DNA of 64,000 bases from Cenococcum geophilum (GCA_050273025.1 CP158635.1:23436001-23500000); one strand, 5' to 3'; counted from the first letter of the stretch, positions 1 to 14,022 are shown. The notes: generated by a model not told the origin, from the sequence alone. Made by a program: numbers and translations.

Positions 1-922
1 TATATCGGACTTAATGTTCGCCCACGCTTCTTTTTCTCTATCAGGCTGTCTTCCCCAACCTTTCGTCCATTTGGAAGTATCCTCTCCGTTTTTCTGGCTT
101 CCCACAGCAAAAACGGATATAGAAGATCAGCCACCAACCCAACTCCCCACAGAAAAACCGAAAAAGGGGACATGAAGTATTCATGCGCCTTCCTCCAGTG
201 ATACCAACCCCAAGCGTGGTTTAAAACAAAGCCCAAAAATGACACCAGCGTTCTTGCCGCCCTATAGCCATGGAAGCAATCAGCAATCAAACCCTCATCT
301 CGCCCATTACCGCACAGCATTCGCCATAGGCGCATAAGTAAATAAAGGGCTTACCAGATCCCCCATCCCACGCCTCCCGAATGCCCTCTCACCATCAGCT
401 GCGCCAAACTCGCAGTACTTAGATATGACTGACAGAACGCTACGCTCCAGTACCCTAGCTCTGTCATATCAGGCCCCACCCGGCCCATATAGAACTTTCC
501 CTCCCTCTTCCCCATATCATTATCAATCCACCACTTTGCAAACGTCCAATGGCCCACCAACGCTCCAGCAACTAACACCGTGAAAATCTTCCCCAAGTTG
601 CGAGCAATGGCAGGGGAGTGTGACCACTCATGTTGGCCATATACAACAACGCAGTAGATCAGTCCGAGATCGAGGATCATTCATATGGTGAAGATGCTAC
701 GCTCGAGAGGCGTTTCTGCAACATAGAGCGCGAAGACTACTTCCCAGGCGAAGTTGAAGGCGAGCGCGAGAATGGGCATGCCATAGGAACGCGTGCGGAA
801 GGAGGAGCAGACGAAAAGAATGTAGGTTATTGTCCAAAGAACTCCGCCGGCTTGGAGAAGGCTGTTAGACACGAGCTGGAAGTAGGCGGGGACGTAGGGG
901 GCGGAACATCGTTGGAGCCCAT
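1..922 (-). pseudogene. PaxB/AtmB/Pyr4-like integral-membrane terpene cyclase, disabled; 3' end runs off the window
   Basis: Motifs SYGMPILALAFNFAWE and LAQLMVRGHSGGVGWGIW. GT-AG intron at ~262-354 followed by exon WAARTLVSFLG...ADLLYPF. In-frame TGA at 681-683 where a Trp is expected (IFTI*MILD). ATG at 922 is one base out of frame with the body (C run near 897-901). Confidence 0.75.
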
Positions 923-1317
923 TACAGACAATGAATCAGTCTGAAGAATGGGAGGATCTTTGGAAGGTTAATGTTTGAGGAAGAACTTTAGTGATGGAGA
1001 AACATTAGGGGGCCTTATGGGCACAAGAGGCTTTAGCGCTTATATACAGTAGGTTCTGGGGCCGGAGAACTACATATTTTACTCTGCGCCTATGCTGCTG
1101 TAGGCTGTTAAACGGTTCAAAGCCCATTGATGTGGATACTCGGTTTATCATGGATACAATTGATGACTTCTCGAATGTGTGGCTTATTCCTGGGGAGCTC
1201 TGTGAGACCCTGCCAAGCCACTAAAATATGCAAGGTCCAAGTCACTAGCCATCATGTCAACTTCAATATCGCGACATCGTATTCTCAGCTTCGTTTATAT
1301 CTGCTTCAGCCATCCGC

Positions 1318-3693
1318 ATGGCCTCTTCGGACGAGGAAGAAGAGATCAGGCGAGCCATTGCCTTATCCCTTCAAGCAAACAGTGAACCAAATTCTCCAAC
1401 TGCCCCAGCTACCACAGCTTTGGTGTCTATTCAGAAACGGAGTGAAGATGCAGATGCTAGCACCCTCAAGACGCTTAAAGTCGAGCAGCGGGTTTCAATG
1501 CAGCCCCTTAAACGCTTGACACAGCAGCAGCACCAAACTCAGATAGGTATTTTTGGCCTCGATCGCAAGAGAATGGAACAAGAGCGTCTAGCAAGATCAA
1601 ATCGAAAGAGACAGCGATCCATTTCTCCGCCCCCCCTTCGACGAGGTCAGGAGAGGCCAAAGAAGATGGTTGTACGAGAAGTAATCGATCTTGAAGCTGA
1701 TTCTGAACCATCGCCTTTGCGGAATAGTACATTGAAATCACCATTGAATGATGCCTCTCGAAATATCTTTGAAAACGCTCAAGGAAGAACTACCCTGGTC
1801 CAACCGGACAAATTCACCTTTTTGGAATATCCTAAGGGAGCCGTCAAAAAGACCTGGGCTTTTGGGCACCCTAGAGAAAATGACATCAAGATAGAGGAGG
1901 TTCTCCAGAAAGATAAATTGAAGGTCGCGGTGCTTAGTGCTTTTGACTGGGACATAGACTGGGTTCTCAGCAAGCTCAATACACAGACGACCAAGATGAT
2001 TTTCGTCATGCAGGCAAAGGGCAAGGAGGCTGCAAGTCATAAACCAAGGGTGTGGAATACGGATGAAAGCTAAATCTCGAATAGCAAGATCAATACCGCC
2101 AGGATGCGGCAGACATTACCAACCTTCGACTGTGCTTTCCTAACATGTCCGGCCAGATCAATTGCATGCACAGTAAATTGTAAGTTGATTGCATTTCATC
2201 CCTCTACCTTTTCCAGGGAACGATTGCTTCTTTTTTTCTGGCCCTCCTGGGCCGTTTATTTCTAGCTGCAAGTACCGTGGACACTTGTACAGAGCATGCT
2301 GGCTTTCTGTATCTTGCAAAATACTCATTTACGGCCTACGTCCAATCCCGAAAATTCGAAAACCCAATGCTCTACAACCACCCACTAACAACTCCTAGAA
2401 TGCTTTTGTTTCAGCAGACACATCTACGAATCGTTGTTCCTAGCGCAAATCTTAACAAACACGATTGGGGGGAAACAGGAGTTATGGAAAATGTGAGTCG
2501 CTCGGAACCCTATTTTCAATCTAGCTAAGACAAGGTAGTCGGTATTTTTGATCGACTTACCACGACACCCGAATGGTGAACACAGGTTGAGAGATGACCT
2601 AACATTCTTCGGGAAAGAGCTCATGCACTTTGTGGAGGCCAAAGGACTGGGACAAGAGGTGCAGACTGGTCTTCTGAAGTTTGATTTCTCGGAGACAAGC
2701 CATTTAGCATTCATCCATACAATGTAGGTGCCCTCCTGATCAAGATATGATGTCCTCTTTCCTAAAAATATGCAGTGGCGGATCTCATTTTGGTGACGAC
2801 TTAAAAAGAACCGGAATCCCCGGTTTGGGCAGAGCAGTACGGGCTCTCAACCTCGAATCAGATGTCGAACTGGAGGTTGACTTTACGGCTTCTTCTATTG
2901 GATCCCTAAATGACACGTTCCTCAAAAACCTATACCTTGCTGCAAAGGGAGAGCAACCTCAGAAGATAATTTCCCGCAGCGTTCCAGAGAAACTACACAA
3001 CAAATTTCGAATATATTTCCCGCTGCACCAAACTGTCTTAGCAAGTGTTGGTGGTCCTCAAGTAAGTATCGTATTTGACAGTTCAATGAGTGTTGTGCAA
3101 TTCTTAGCTTTCATTGCATACAACGAAGGATACCTACGACATACTGCAACTCTTGGCTGGGCAATTTCAATACTAGATTTACTGATACGCGGATTTCTAG
3201 TGTGCCGGTACAAACTGCTTACAAGCAGGCTACTACAATAACGCCAAATTTCCAAAGGATTGTATGCGCGACTACAAATCAACCAGAGTAGGGCTCCTTA
3301 GCCATAACAAGGTAATGGTCTCTAGAAAAACTCTTGGTGGTATTAATTTGACCACGGGTATAGATATTATTTGCTCGAGGTCACCACATCTCGAAGGAGA
3401 CAAACCAGTCGATCCACGTTGCTTGGGCATATGTTGGAAGCGCGAACGTATCTGAAAGCGCATGGGGAAAGCTCCTCACCGACAAAAGCAAGAAAACCGA
3501 GAAACTTAACTGTCGGAACTGGGAATGCGGAGTCTTAATCGGCATTCCTCCTAGGCGCATTGATTTCTCCAGGACCCAAGAAGGGGAAACGCTGCCAATG
3601 GACGTCTTCAAGGGCTATATCGATGTGCCCTTTCAGTTTCCGGGTGAAGAGTACGGGTCAAAGAGGCCCTGGTTTTTCATGGAGCGGGAATGA
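1318..3693 (+). CDS. TDP1: Tyrosyl-DNA phosphodiesterase 1-like protein (PLD superfamily) with N-terminal UIM-like motif; multi-exon
   Basis: Two catalytic HxK motifs after splicing (CMHSKLMLL, LLSHNK), plus VVPSANL, SSIGSL, YVGSANVSESAWG and RNWECGV. N-terminus DEEEEIRRAIALSL is UIM-like. Stop TGA at 3691-3693. Confidence 0.85.
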
Positions 3694-4323
3694 ATTAGCT
3701 GCACCGGCAAAACTTTGATTCTCAGTAGTATTGGGAGCCTTACAAGGCATTTCGATGGGGTTTGGATAGCTGCACTAAAGGCGGCGAAATTACGACACAA
3801 ATTTCTTATCAATTCAAGACTATTGGCAGGCATACACGAAGCCATTGTATTAGAAGTATTGTCGGTGAGTAATGATAGAACATTGTATAGATAGAAGTAC
3901 TGTTGAAGCTTCGTACTTCAGACAGTCGTCGGCCTATTTCCGAGGCAAATTCGGTAATTCGAATAGCAATTTTAGTCCTGGCTTACAGCTGTCAGTAATG
4001 TGGTGATAGATGCTGAAAGGCTCCAGAATAGGTATTGCGACTATCGCTGTGAAAAAGTTATAAAAAAAGGTATAAAAACTTAGTTTCTCGCAAGCACTTC
4101 CCGAATAGATGACGTGTGATGTTAAGTTAACCATGCGCCTATCATGGCACGGGACGACGGGCGGCTGAACCCTTGGAGCGGCTAAGCCAGCATCCGGACT
4201 TTGTAGGGCTACTATGCATCTTTGCGAAACATAATAAGAGTCTTACTCTACTGTTGTCGCTTCCTCCCATGAATTCTTGGGCCCTCGACGACTGCCTGTT
4301 TCAACAGCCGCCTCCTGGCTTTC

Positions 4324-6144
4324 ATGGCTCATCCAAGCCTACCAGTAACCGTACCGCATAGTATTCTAGCAACCTCTCCCGTTCGCACTCAACCAAGCCT
4401 CGCGCAACGCAGGGATGTTCCCCTAAATCTCCTAGCCCTTATTATCTCATATGTGCGTACTTAATCTTCATGCATGAACACCCTTCTGCTCCGCAATTCC
4501 GCCCATTCCGAGCAATCGCTAACCCGAGTTTCTCCTAGGTCGATGATGTCGCAGATTTAGCCAGGCTCACGCGGACCTCGCGACTCCTGTATTACATGAC
4601 CCTTCCGAAACTCTACGAGAACGTTACCCTCCATGCCTACGCGGAACTACGATATATCAATGGCAGGCCTGAAGGTTATGGCAGTGGGAGCCCCTTCTCC
4701 ATGGGCCTCAACGCCCTAGTATCCAGAAATGTTGCCAACTACGTCCAAAGGTTCGGTCTAGTGGGGGAGTGGAGGGAGTCAGATATTGACGAGTATTCAA
4801 AAGGAAGGGTGCCGGATAACAGCATGATGTTGAACATAGCAATCCGCGCCGCGTTGGATAGAATGGAAAATCTCAAATCTTTCGGGTGAGATGAAGGGAC
4901 CCCGGATCTCATCCTCATACCGTATACTAATACATGGAAGCTGGGAACTAAACACCAAACCCATGCAGACTATCTACCAAAGCCTGACTTCACGACCCTC
5001 TTTGGTATCCCTCACACTCCGCTTTCCTAGCAGACGCACCCCGCGACCCACTGTTATTATCCCTACTCTGCAGAATTTAAGGTCCCTCACAGTATACGAC
5101 ATCGATCCGCTCTGTTATCCAGATGATATATCCCTACTACTAGCTACATCTAAGGAGTTAGAAGATTTAAAGTTGCATTGGAGTCCTCGCATGCGCGACA
5201 TTGGAGAAGAATCGGTGAGCATGATGACGTATTTCGGTCGTTGTCTCACCGCAAGACACACCATTCAGCTCAAACGTCTAGCCTTCTTCAATCTATACAC
5301 GCGCAACAGTGGAGACTTCAATGCTTGCGTCGGCCACGAAGGACTTAGAGAGGTTACACTGATTAACTGTGTGGGCTCTGGAGATCCGATGACAGTATTT
5401 CTGGACGAGACATGGCGTATGAATCAACCTAGCGATATCCCCAAAAAGTTAAAGATGATGCGAAGCGATACGCTCGATCGTGCTAATGTAAGCATGCTGG
5501 CACGCTTCGAAGGGCTAGAAAGGATCTATCTAGTCAACGCGAAACGGAATTCACGGTCTAAATCGAACAGTGTAGTGGCCACACCAGCAACACCATCACC
5601 ATCCTCCTCCTCCTCACCTACCAATTGCCTACAACAAGAGGTCATTAGCCTCGCATCAGATTACCTTGCAGCAATCCAATCGCATCATCGCACTATGCGC
5701 CACCTGCTGCTTTCGGATCAGTGGATACTTAGCCGCGACGTAGTACAGCGATTGTTACAGAGCTGCCCGAAACTGGAGCAGTTAGGTGTGGCGATTGCTG
5801 TTTCTGAACTTTCATCCATACGCGAAATTATGCCTTTCGCTCCGCACCTCTTCGCCCTTAGGATCTTGGTTCGGCCCAGCTCGGAACTTTGGGAGGAAAT
5901 CGAGTCCATGGACGATGAAATGCACGCATTTGTTATAAGCCAGGAATTATGGAAACCAGAGTATAAGAACCTGAAGTGGCTAGGTATGGCTGATCTGGTC
6001 TTTGAACTGGGAACGGTTGTAAGTATGGGGAAGAAGCGCGCCAAACCTGATGGCGAACCACGACCGATGCGGATTGTGAAACAAGTTCCCCGGGAAATGG
6101 TCAAGGATATTGAAATATGGAGTATGGACTCGTTTGACATGTGA
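4324..6144 (+). CDS. F-box-like fungal protein with RNI/LRR-like C-terminal region
   Basis: Spliced N-terminus VPLNLLALIISY|VDDVADLARLTRTSRLLYYMTLPKLY resembles a fungal F-box. Introns 4453-4538 and 4886-4940 join the 97-aa and 417-aa ORFs. Confidence 0.7.
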
Positions 6145-6714
6145 GCGTCTTGATGCGATATCTTGGGCATGGCGTTTTTGTCTTAGAGACGGAAATACCA
6201 AAACATGGCGTTACTGGAAAATATCCTGTATTATGGGACTGGATTGGGCTCCCACGACCAAAAGAATCGGGCTTACCTACAATAATTGTCCGAAACATCT
6301 CAAAATGTTTTTTGCTCTCCATCTCTTACATTGCTAGGCGGTCTAGCGCTCGGACTCGGCACCGTCGATCGTGGCGAAGCCATTTCAGCCCCATCCGTTG
6401 ATGCATTCTCGGAGAATTTCATAAGGCTACGCCGTCCCGTCCGCCGGACGATTTTAAAACCTATGCGATCCTACTATATAGTGCGCCGTCTGAGGCTCTC
6501 CTACCCATCGTGATCCCAGTTGCACATCCCGGCCCATGATGATCGTCAGGCAGGGCGCAGCGAATGGACTTAAATAGAAATGAACGGTGTCGGTGCATGA
6601 AAGGGACCAGGAATTTACCTATTTTCAATAGGGTTGGGTAATGTCTTGTGGCTTTGTAGTACATTTACTCCGCTCCGCTCGCTGTTTACCCAGAAGTGCT
6701 ACAACGATTCCATA

Positions 6715-9105
6715 ATGAAGGTCACGAGTATCGTATGCGCGGCAGGGTTGGCTACCTGTGTGGTGGCACAATCAAAGCAGGCCTGTGAGACCCCAGTTAA
6801 TATTTTATCCCCGATTTGTTTTTACAGCCAATGTTGATATCGCAGTGGTCCCCTTCATCTTCGACGCACTCCCCCTCGGTTCCATAAAACCGCGCGGATG
6901 GCTCCTCGACCAAATGCAGCTCATGGCCGCCGGCCTCGCAGGCCACGAGCACGGCTTCTACCATTACGTTGCCAATTCCAGCTGGCTTGGCGGCGATCAA
7001 GAGTATAGCGAGCTGAACGAGGGCTTCCCGTACTGGTTCAACGGCTTGGTGCCTCTAGCTTATGGCGTAGACGACGACTGTCTGAAAACCCAGGTCCAGG
7101 GTGCGGCCGACTACGTTCTGGGAGCTCAGGCTACTGACGGCTGGTTGGGGCCGGAGAACGGCACCGCGAGGAATTTCTGGGCCAGGTATCCGCTGTGTTT
7201 GGGCTTGATGCAGTTGGCGGAGGTGGATCCAGCGTATGAGGAGCGGGTTATTTCTGCGCTTTGGAAATTTACTGATCTTATGCATTCGATGCTGGCGGAT
7301 AACTATACCGGATATCTATACCATGATGGCGATAAAGTGAGCCAAGATGACACTCAATGGTACGTACAAAATGACTTCGCATTTCCTTTCCGCGAACTGG
7401 GCCCTGATCTTAGTTTAGGGGAAGAGTTAGAGTCCAGGATATGATTATCACGTTGCAGTGGCTTTACGAGAAACATCCACCTCCTAATGCTTCCGTATTG
7501 CTGGATAATATGCAGTATCTCATTGACGGCTCTCTTAATTGGGATGAGTGGTATCAGGAAGGCATATATATCACGCAGGACTTGAACACCGTTCCAGTCA
7601 GCGAGACTATACCGCTATTTCCCTACGAACATGGAGTTAATGTTGGACAAGGTGGGATACTTCTTGTCTAGCCCCGCGGTCCCTTTTCAACTAAAGGGCA
7701 ACGGTCATATTTAGTATTTTTATCTTGCATGAGGGGTGTATTTTATTGATAGTTGATTTTGGCAGGCCTTAAAGCACTAGCGGTATTCCGCCGCTTTACA
7801 CATAACGACTCTCTTCTTGAAACGACAAGAAATGCCGTCAATTGGACTTTTACATATCACGGAGCTGCATCTGGAGCCATCCTAGCCGATGAAAGGCTTG
7901 CTGGTCTCGCTCCATATTACGGGTAAGCCCCCTAAGTGCTTAGTGGAAAGAAATGAGTTGACGAATATCAGATCTGAAACTTGCACTTTGGTGGAGACTA
8001 TGTACAGCTTGGGTTACTTATATCAAGCTGTTGGAGACAACGACTTCGCGGACAAGTGCGAACGAACTGCTTTTAATGCACTACCAGTGCAGCTCACTCC
8101 AGATTGGTGGGCAAGGCAATATGGTAAGAAGACTCATATCTGACCATCAAGCTCATCACTCATCTCATCGTAGTCTCCGAACCAAACCAACCGTACTCTG
8201 AGGATCTCTCCGACAAGCCATTCTGGAATGTAAACAACTGGGGCCAAACCTATGGTCTAGAAACCGACTACCCATGCTGCACTGTTAATCATCCCCAGGG
8301 ATATCCGAAGTTCCTCTCCGCATCGTACGTCAAAGTCGGCGATAATGGCCTCGCACACGTTTTGCTAAGCCCGGCGTCCGTATCATCGACTCTAAGCAGC
8401 GGGAATGTTATGGTGGACTGTACGACGAACTATCCCTTCGCCAACATCTTCTCCTACACCACCACATCAACCCCCTCTTTCGACTTCTACGTCCATGTAC
8501 CACAATGGGCCAACCTGGCATCTTCCACCATCGCCACCGGAAACACCACCACACCACTCTCACCAGACCTACACACCGGCCTGCATAAGCTCTCCCTCAG
8601 CGCTGGCACCACCTCTGCCACACTCACCCTAAACACCGACATCGCCGTGGAATTGCGCGCCAACGACACCGTCGCCGTACACTACGGCGCCCTAATCTAC
8701 GCCCTCTCCATCCCTTCTACCAACACCTCCACGCTCCCAAAAGCCTTCAACACGAATCAGGAATTCCCATCCTCTTACGCGCCGCCGCAGTCACGCGACT
8801 GGCAACTCACAAACACGTCCGCCTGGAACATCGCCATCGACCCGTCCACGCTAACGCTCAACACCGCGAACCGGTCAGCCGGCGCGCTGCCGAACCCGAT
8901 TTGGGCGCCGGGAGCCCCACCGACGAGCATGAGTGTGCGGGCGTGCGAGATCGCATGGGGGATCTATAAGGGCGTGCCGGATGTGCCGCCGCCGAAGGCG
9001 GAGAGGAAGTGTCTCGGGGATGTATTTGAGGCGCGGTTGGAGCCGTTGGGGGCCGCGAAGCTGCATATGGTTGATTTGCCGTCGATTGATTTGTCGGGGG
9101 CGTGA
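6715..9105 (+). CDS. Secreted GH127/GH146-like (DUF1680) glycoside hydrolase, beta-L-arabinofuranosidase-like
   Basis: Signal-peptide-like [18 protein letters not shown]. Motifs [41 protein letters not shown] and [11 protein letters not shown] (Cys/Glu Zn-site signature). Five GT-AG introns restore a continuous frame. Confidence 0.8.
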
Positions 9106-10382
9106 GGGGCGGAGTTAGATCTGACATCTCATTGCCCGGAATCGGCTTCAGCTAGTTCATTTTCCGCAGCCTCGCTATTTTCCCCTAGAATATACACAAA
9201 CTCCTCGCCTTCCAACTACAACAAGCCTTTATAGTGTTTCCGTGATGCTGCTAGTTTATGGTAGTGCTTGGGGCTCATCGAATATAGTTCTTCGCAGGGC
9301 GTGCAAGCAAGTGCCGGTTACTTGACGGCAAGGTAAATTAGTTCACGTTTCTTCACACGCAGCTCCAAGCCAGATACCAGCAATCCAATATTGCATCCCC
9401 CGTAAGCATCATTAACACTGATCGGCCGAGATTCGATCTCGGAGGAGAAGCGTTAAGTGGTGTGGAGTCCAGAGCCCTTGCAAAAAGTCCGTAGAGGTTG
9501 CACGATTTTCAAAAAGAGCTATTTTTTCGAGTATGAAAACGACACAATGCATATCGACGCTGTCTTCCGCTGCTTCTCCAGTTGAATCCCCTACCCCGGG
9601 TAATAGGACCCTTACTCCCGCTCTCTAAATGTCAGAACTCGTGTGAGGGTCAAATTGAAGAGAACCCCCAGCTGTACCCCTGAACTAGGCCCTATTTAGC
9701 GTCTGACACCAAAAGTTCAGTATTAATCCCATACAAATAGAACAAAGTCGACCGTCATGATTGTATCCTCCGAATACAGACTCACACTGGCCCATGTTTT
9801 CCTGCGGTAATGGATAGCCCTTGTTGAGAACTAGCGAAACAGACTCAGAGTCTGTTATTTCCAGTGTGATTTCCGCCATGCTTGTCGGAAGCTAGAGCTT
9901 GTGCTAAGTCGTCGATTGCGAGTCATTATTGTGAAGTAGAGATGACTGCACGTATCGAGAGAGACGGGGGGTGCAGCTTGGGTTCGTGAAATATTATATA
10001 AATGATGGCCAGAGAGGATGTTCAATTTGACGACATGTTAGAAGTAGAGCCAGCAACGTTTTCTTTCTGAGAAGGTTTAGGTGGATATGTTTGTGAGATA
10101 TTAATGGCTTAGCCGGAATTACGTGTAAAGTCCCTCAGTCTGTCTTCTGAAGCAACCAATCGCAGACAAGCAGAATACTTCGAAGCATTGAGCAAGCCAA
10201 ACGAGGTTTATTTCGACATTAAGAAAAGTGAAATCTGCCTGCTGGTATGGCTCCAAGTCTTGACGGCACTGACATGACCCGTTGGCATGGTAGCAAACAG
10301 CTGCAAAAACCTAGTGGTATGCATTCAGAAGCCACCCCCAGTTTCCCATACCCGTACCCTATGCCATCACCTTTGCTGGACT

Positions 10383-12208
10383 TCAGTACCGCCTCCCAAC
10401 TTCCACACCTACTCCGTCATCCAGCCCTCCGCCCATGCCCCTTGCCGTAGGGGTCGCTTTACCAGCCCCAATCCCGTTTTCCATCTCCCCTTTATACTCC
10501 CATCCTCCGTCCTGCATAAAGAAATCCACCTCATCAATGATATCCCACACTACGTCCTCAGCAATCTGTTCTTTGTATCTTTCCCCTATTGCCCGCAATT
10601 TCCTGCCCTCAGGCACTGTCGCCGTGGCATCATTCCCAACCATCTCGACGTCATTTGAAGGATTTGATGCATCCTCGGGCGGACACCAGAAGTCAGGCCC
10701 GAAGTTCACTTGCGCAACTCCGCCACAAAATGCCGCAACGGCAGGAAAGTATCCCACCTGACTGTCATCGAAGCCTACCCTAGCTCCGGCCTGCGCAGAC
10801 GGCGCGCTGGCAGGTGGAAGGAAGGCTAAAAGGTTCTCAAACGCTATACCGATTTCTTTCCCGTTCTTGTAGACCTTTATCGAGGAGTGGGGAAGCGAGC
10901 GAAGTGAAGCATCTTCGTGATTTGGGGATGGGGTGATTTTGGGGGTAGGACCTCGGTCTGAGTACGATTCCATGGGTTTGGTCGCTACATACTCGAGTTG
11001 TTCAAAATAGAAATTTCCTTTGTATGGAACTGGTATTCGGTCCCGAATAATGTCAATTGGTTTTTCCATATTGAGCGGATCTTTTGACCCTGAGGAAGGG
11101 GCCGAGTCAAAGCCGTCGCCGATGTCTACGGCCGGGTTATATATCCCCTCGACAACTTTGCGATGCAGAGATATGGACGGGAGCTGGATCTCTAGCCCTA
11201 TGACATCCCCTTCGCGGACATCCATGTCTGTGATATACTCCACAGGGGACGGCTTCCCGTGGGGGGGCCGACTTTTCGCATGCTTGCTCTTCGCGCCCTT
11301 GGGAAGTGGCTTGTAGATCTTAGATGCCCGCGAGCGATGCATCGTCTCAAATCTTAAATCTGTGATTGCATAGCTGTACCCATCAAATCCAACCGGCGCA
11401 TCTAGCGGCGCCTCTCTCCTTGCCCAGCCCATGCGAACGTGTGGTTGCGCGCTCCGCTGCCCAGTTTCTGTAAACGTAGGCATTGCAGGTCCATCTTTGG
11501 GGATACCCCGCAAGATCTTAACTTCATAGTAGAGTCTACCCTCGCGTGCAACGACATTGCCGCGGCCCATGCGCCAGCCTTTCTCGTTGGTGATTATTGA
11601 AGCGCTGTCGTCGAAGTGAAACCATTTGTCGCAGTCTTCATGGCTCATGCGAGGACCGAAGGGGCGAGAGTCAGATTGGCGATAGAATTGTTTGTGACGG
11701 AAGTGTGGGTCAGCGACGCAGTGGGTGTAGCGGTAGCCCTTTTTGTTCCAGGCACTGAGTCGGGACGTTAGCTTGGCTGTGGTAATAAAGAACATTCGGG
11801 GACGAACTGATCAACAGGCTTCTTGAGCTCTACTTCCCCGTCTGGGGTGAAGATTGGATTCGGCTCGTGGGAGGCGAAGATGCCATCCTTGGGTGCTTCA
11901 TAATCGGGGAGTTTTGGTTCTGGAATGCTAAATCGCATAGGCGACGGCGCCGAGGGCCGTTCTTGTTTGCCCTTGGGATTTGGAGTATTGCCTCTAGTAT
12001 TTGCTGAAGCTTCGCGCTTTTTCAGAGTATCTCTCTTTTCCCGTTGCTCGCGTGGTGGGGCCCGAGCGGGACGTGATCGCACTGCTGGGTCAGGATTGGG
12101 ATTGAGTGGGGAGGAGACCGCAGGCGCATGGTCTTCTTCTAGGGGGCGACGAAGGGGCGGAGCTAAGCTAGGGGTGTTACTCCGTGAGTGGGGTTGTAAT
12201 TCGGCCAT
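10383..12208 (-). CDS. BRE2: COMPASS/Set1C subunit Ash2/Bre2 (SPRY domain)
   Basis: Motifs EKGWRMGRGNVVAREGRLYYEVKI, HVRMGWARREAPLDAPVGFDGYSY, VNFGPDF and ERYKEQIAEDVVWDIIDEV. One intron 11755-11807 joins the 146-aa and 470-aa ORFs. Confidence 0.92.
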
Positions 12209-12379
12209 AATTGCTGCTGTTTCTCACTACGGTGGCTGGATTGTTGATTAAAGCTTTGGGTACGAGCGGTGAAGCAGAATTCTGCCGTTCGCGAAAAGCT
12301 TCCGCCCACAACTTTTGATGTCCCTCTTTCGCACCACCAACGGCCCCTCTTTATCGAGAAATATACGAAATTACCCATA

Positions 12380-14022
12380 ATGCCGAAGACACCAACATCT
12401 CCCGACGCCCGCCAAGCGCGACGACATAACCCTCTCACCGAAGAATACGTACCGTCACACCCATTCAAGCAGAAATCGGCAAAGAGGAAGAAGCTGTCCA
12501 AGGAAGATAGAGACGAGGAGCACTTCATCGACTCGAAGGCGTCTCGAAATATTTTAAAAATTGGACAGGAACTAGCGGATGAAGATCAGGAGGAGGCAAA
12601 TGCTCGACGAAACGCACAAAGACCACTAGTGAACCCCGCTTTCGCGTTCGATTCGAGGTTCGGAGAGGATGAGGTTGAAGAGGACGAGTTGGGAGAGTAC
12701 GATGATGATGAGGCTTGGGGGGATGAAGAGGAGATAGTCGAGGAGGTAGTTAGTCTATCTATATCTGCATATTCCGAACAGCTGACTTATACGTTCTTTA
12801 CAGGAAATCGATCCCAGCGACCTTGATACGTTCAATCGCTTCGTACCGACAAACAACAACCCAATAGTATGGCCCGGAGAAGAGGCGGAAACCTCTGGGC
12901 CTGGTACAAATCTTGCCGACCTCATACTACAAAAGATAGCGGCGCACGAGGCGGCAGGGCAGACGGCACAGCCACAGATACACGGCTCAGGCGCACCCGA
13001 TGACGCCGTTGAGATTCCCGCAAAAGTGGTGGAAGTATACTCAAAGTACATCTTCCTAGGCTACTCCCTCTACCCGATCCATTCACAAATTGATCGTGTT
13101 AAAATCCCCATACGTACTAATCCTTCCTAGAATCGGCCTCATCCTCTCTCGCCACAAATCCGGCAAACTCCCGAAACCCTTTAAAATTCTCCCTACTATA
13201 CCCGCCTGGGAAACCCTACTCGCTCTCACTCGCCCTGATTCCTGGACTCCGAACGCCGTCTATGCCGCAACGCGTCTCTTCATATCCTCCACCCCGGCTA
13301 CAGCCCAGCAATTCCTCACATCTATCCTACTCCCCGCAGTACAAGACGACATACGCGATACCCACAAACTAAATGTTCACCTCTACGCTGCGCTGAAGAA
13401 AGCGCTCTACAAACCTTCAGCTTTCTTCAAAGGCATCGTTTTCCCCATGCTCGGCTCCGGAACATGCACGCAGCGGGAAGCCCACATCGTGGCCTCTGTC
13501 GTTGCGCGCGTCTCGGTTCCCGTCCTACACTCCGCAGCAGCGCTGCACAGACTCTGCGAAATGGCCGCTGAGCAGATGAGCTCAGATCCCGAGGCTGCCG
13601 GTCCGGTCAACATTTTCATCCGGGTGTTGCTGGAGAAGAAGTATGCGTTGCCGTATAAAGTCATTGATGCGCTCGTTTTCCATTTCCTACGTTTCCGCGC
13701 AGTCAACGCGCCAATTCCTAGGAATAACTCTGCCGTCGACGCGATGGGAGTTGACTCTGAATCTGGAGCAGGAGGGATAGCGGGAGCGGGAAAACTGCCC
13801 GTGATATGGCATCAATGTCTCTTGGCCTTCGCCCAAAGGTACAGAAATGACATCACCGAGGATCAGCGAGAGGCGCTGTTGGATTTATTATTGCTTAGGG
13901 GACATAAGGCAATTGGCCCAGAAGTTAGGAGAGAACTGCTTGAGGGTAGGGGTAGAGGAGTAGCGGTGGAGCTAGAAGCTGCGCTAGGCGGAGATGATAC
14001 TATGATGGCTGTGGATACTTGA
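12380..14022 (+). CDS. ENP1: Bystin / Enp1 pre-40S ribosome biogenesis factor
   Basis: Motifs SGKLPKPFKILP, KLNVHLYAALKKALYKPSAFFKG, LLEKKYALPYKVIDALVFHF and LPVIWHQCLLAFAQRY. Introns at ~12747-12803 and ~13046-13130. Confidence 0.95.
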
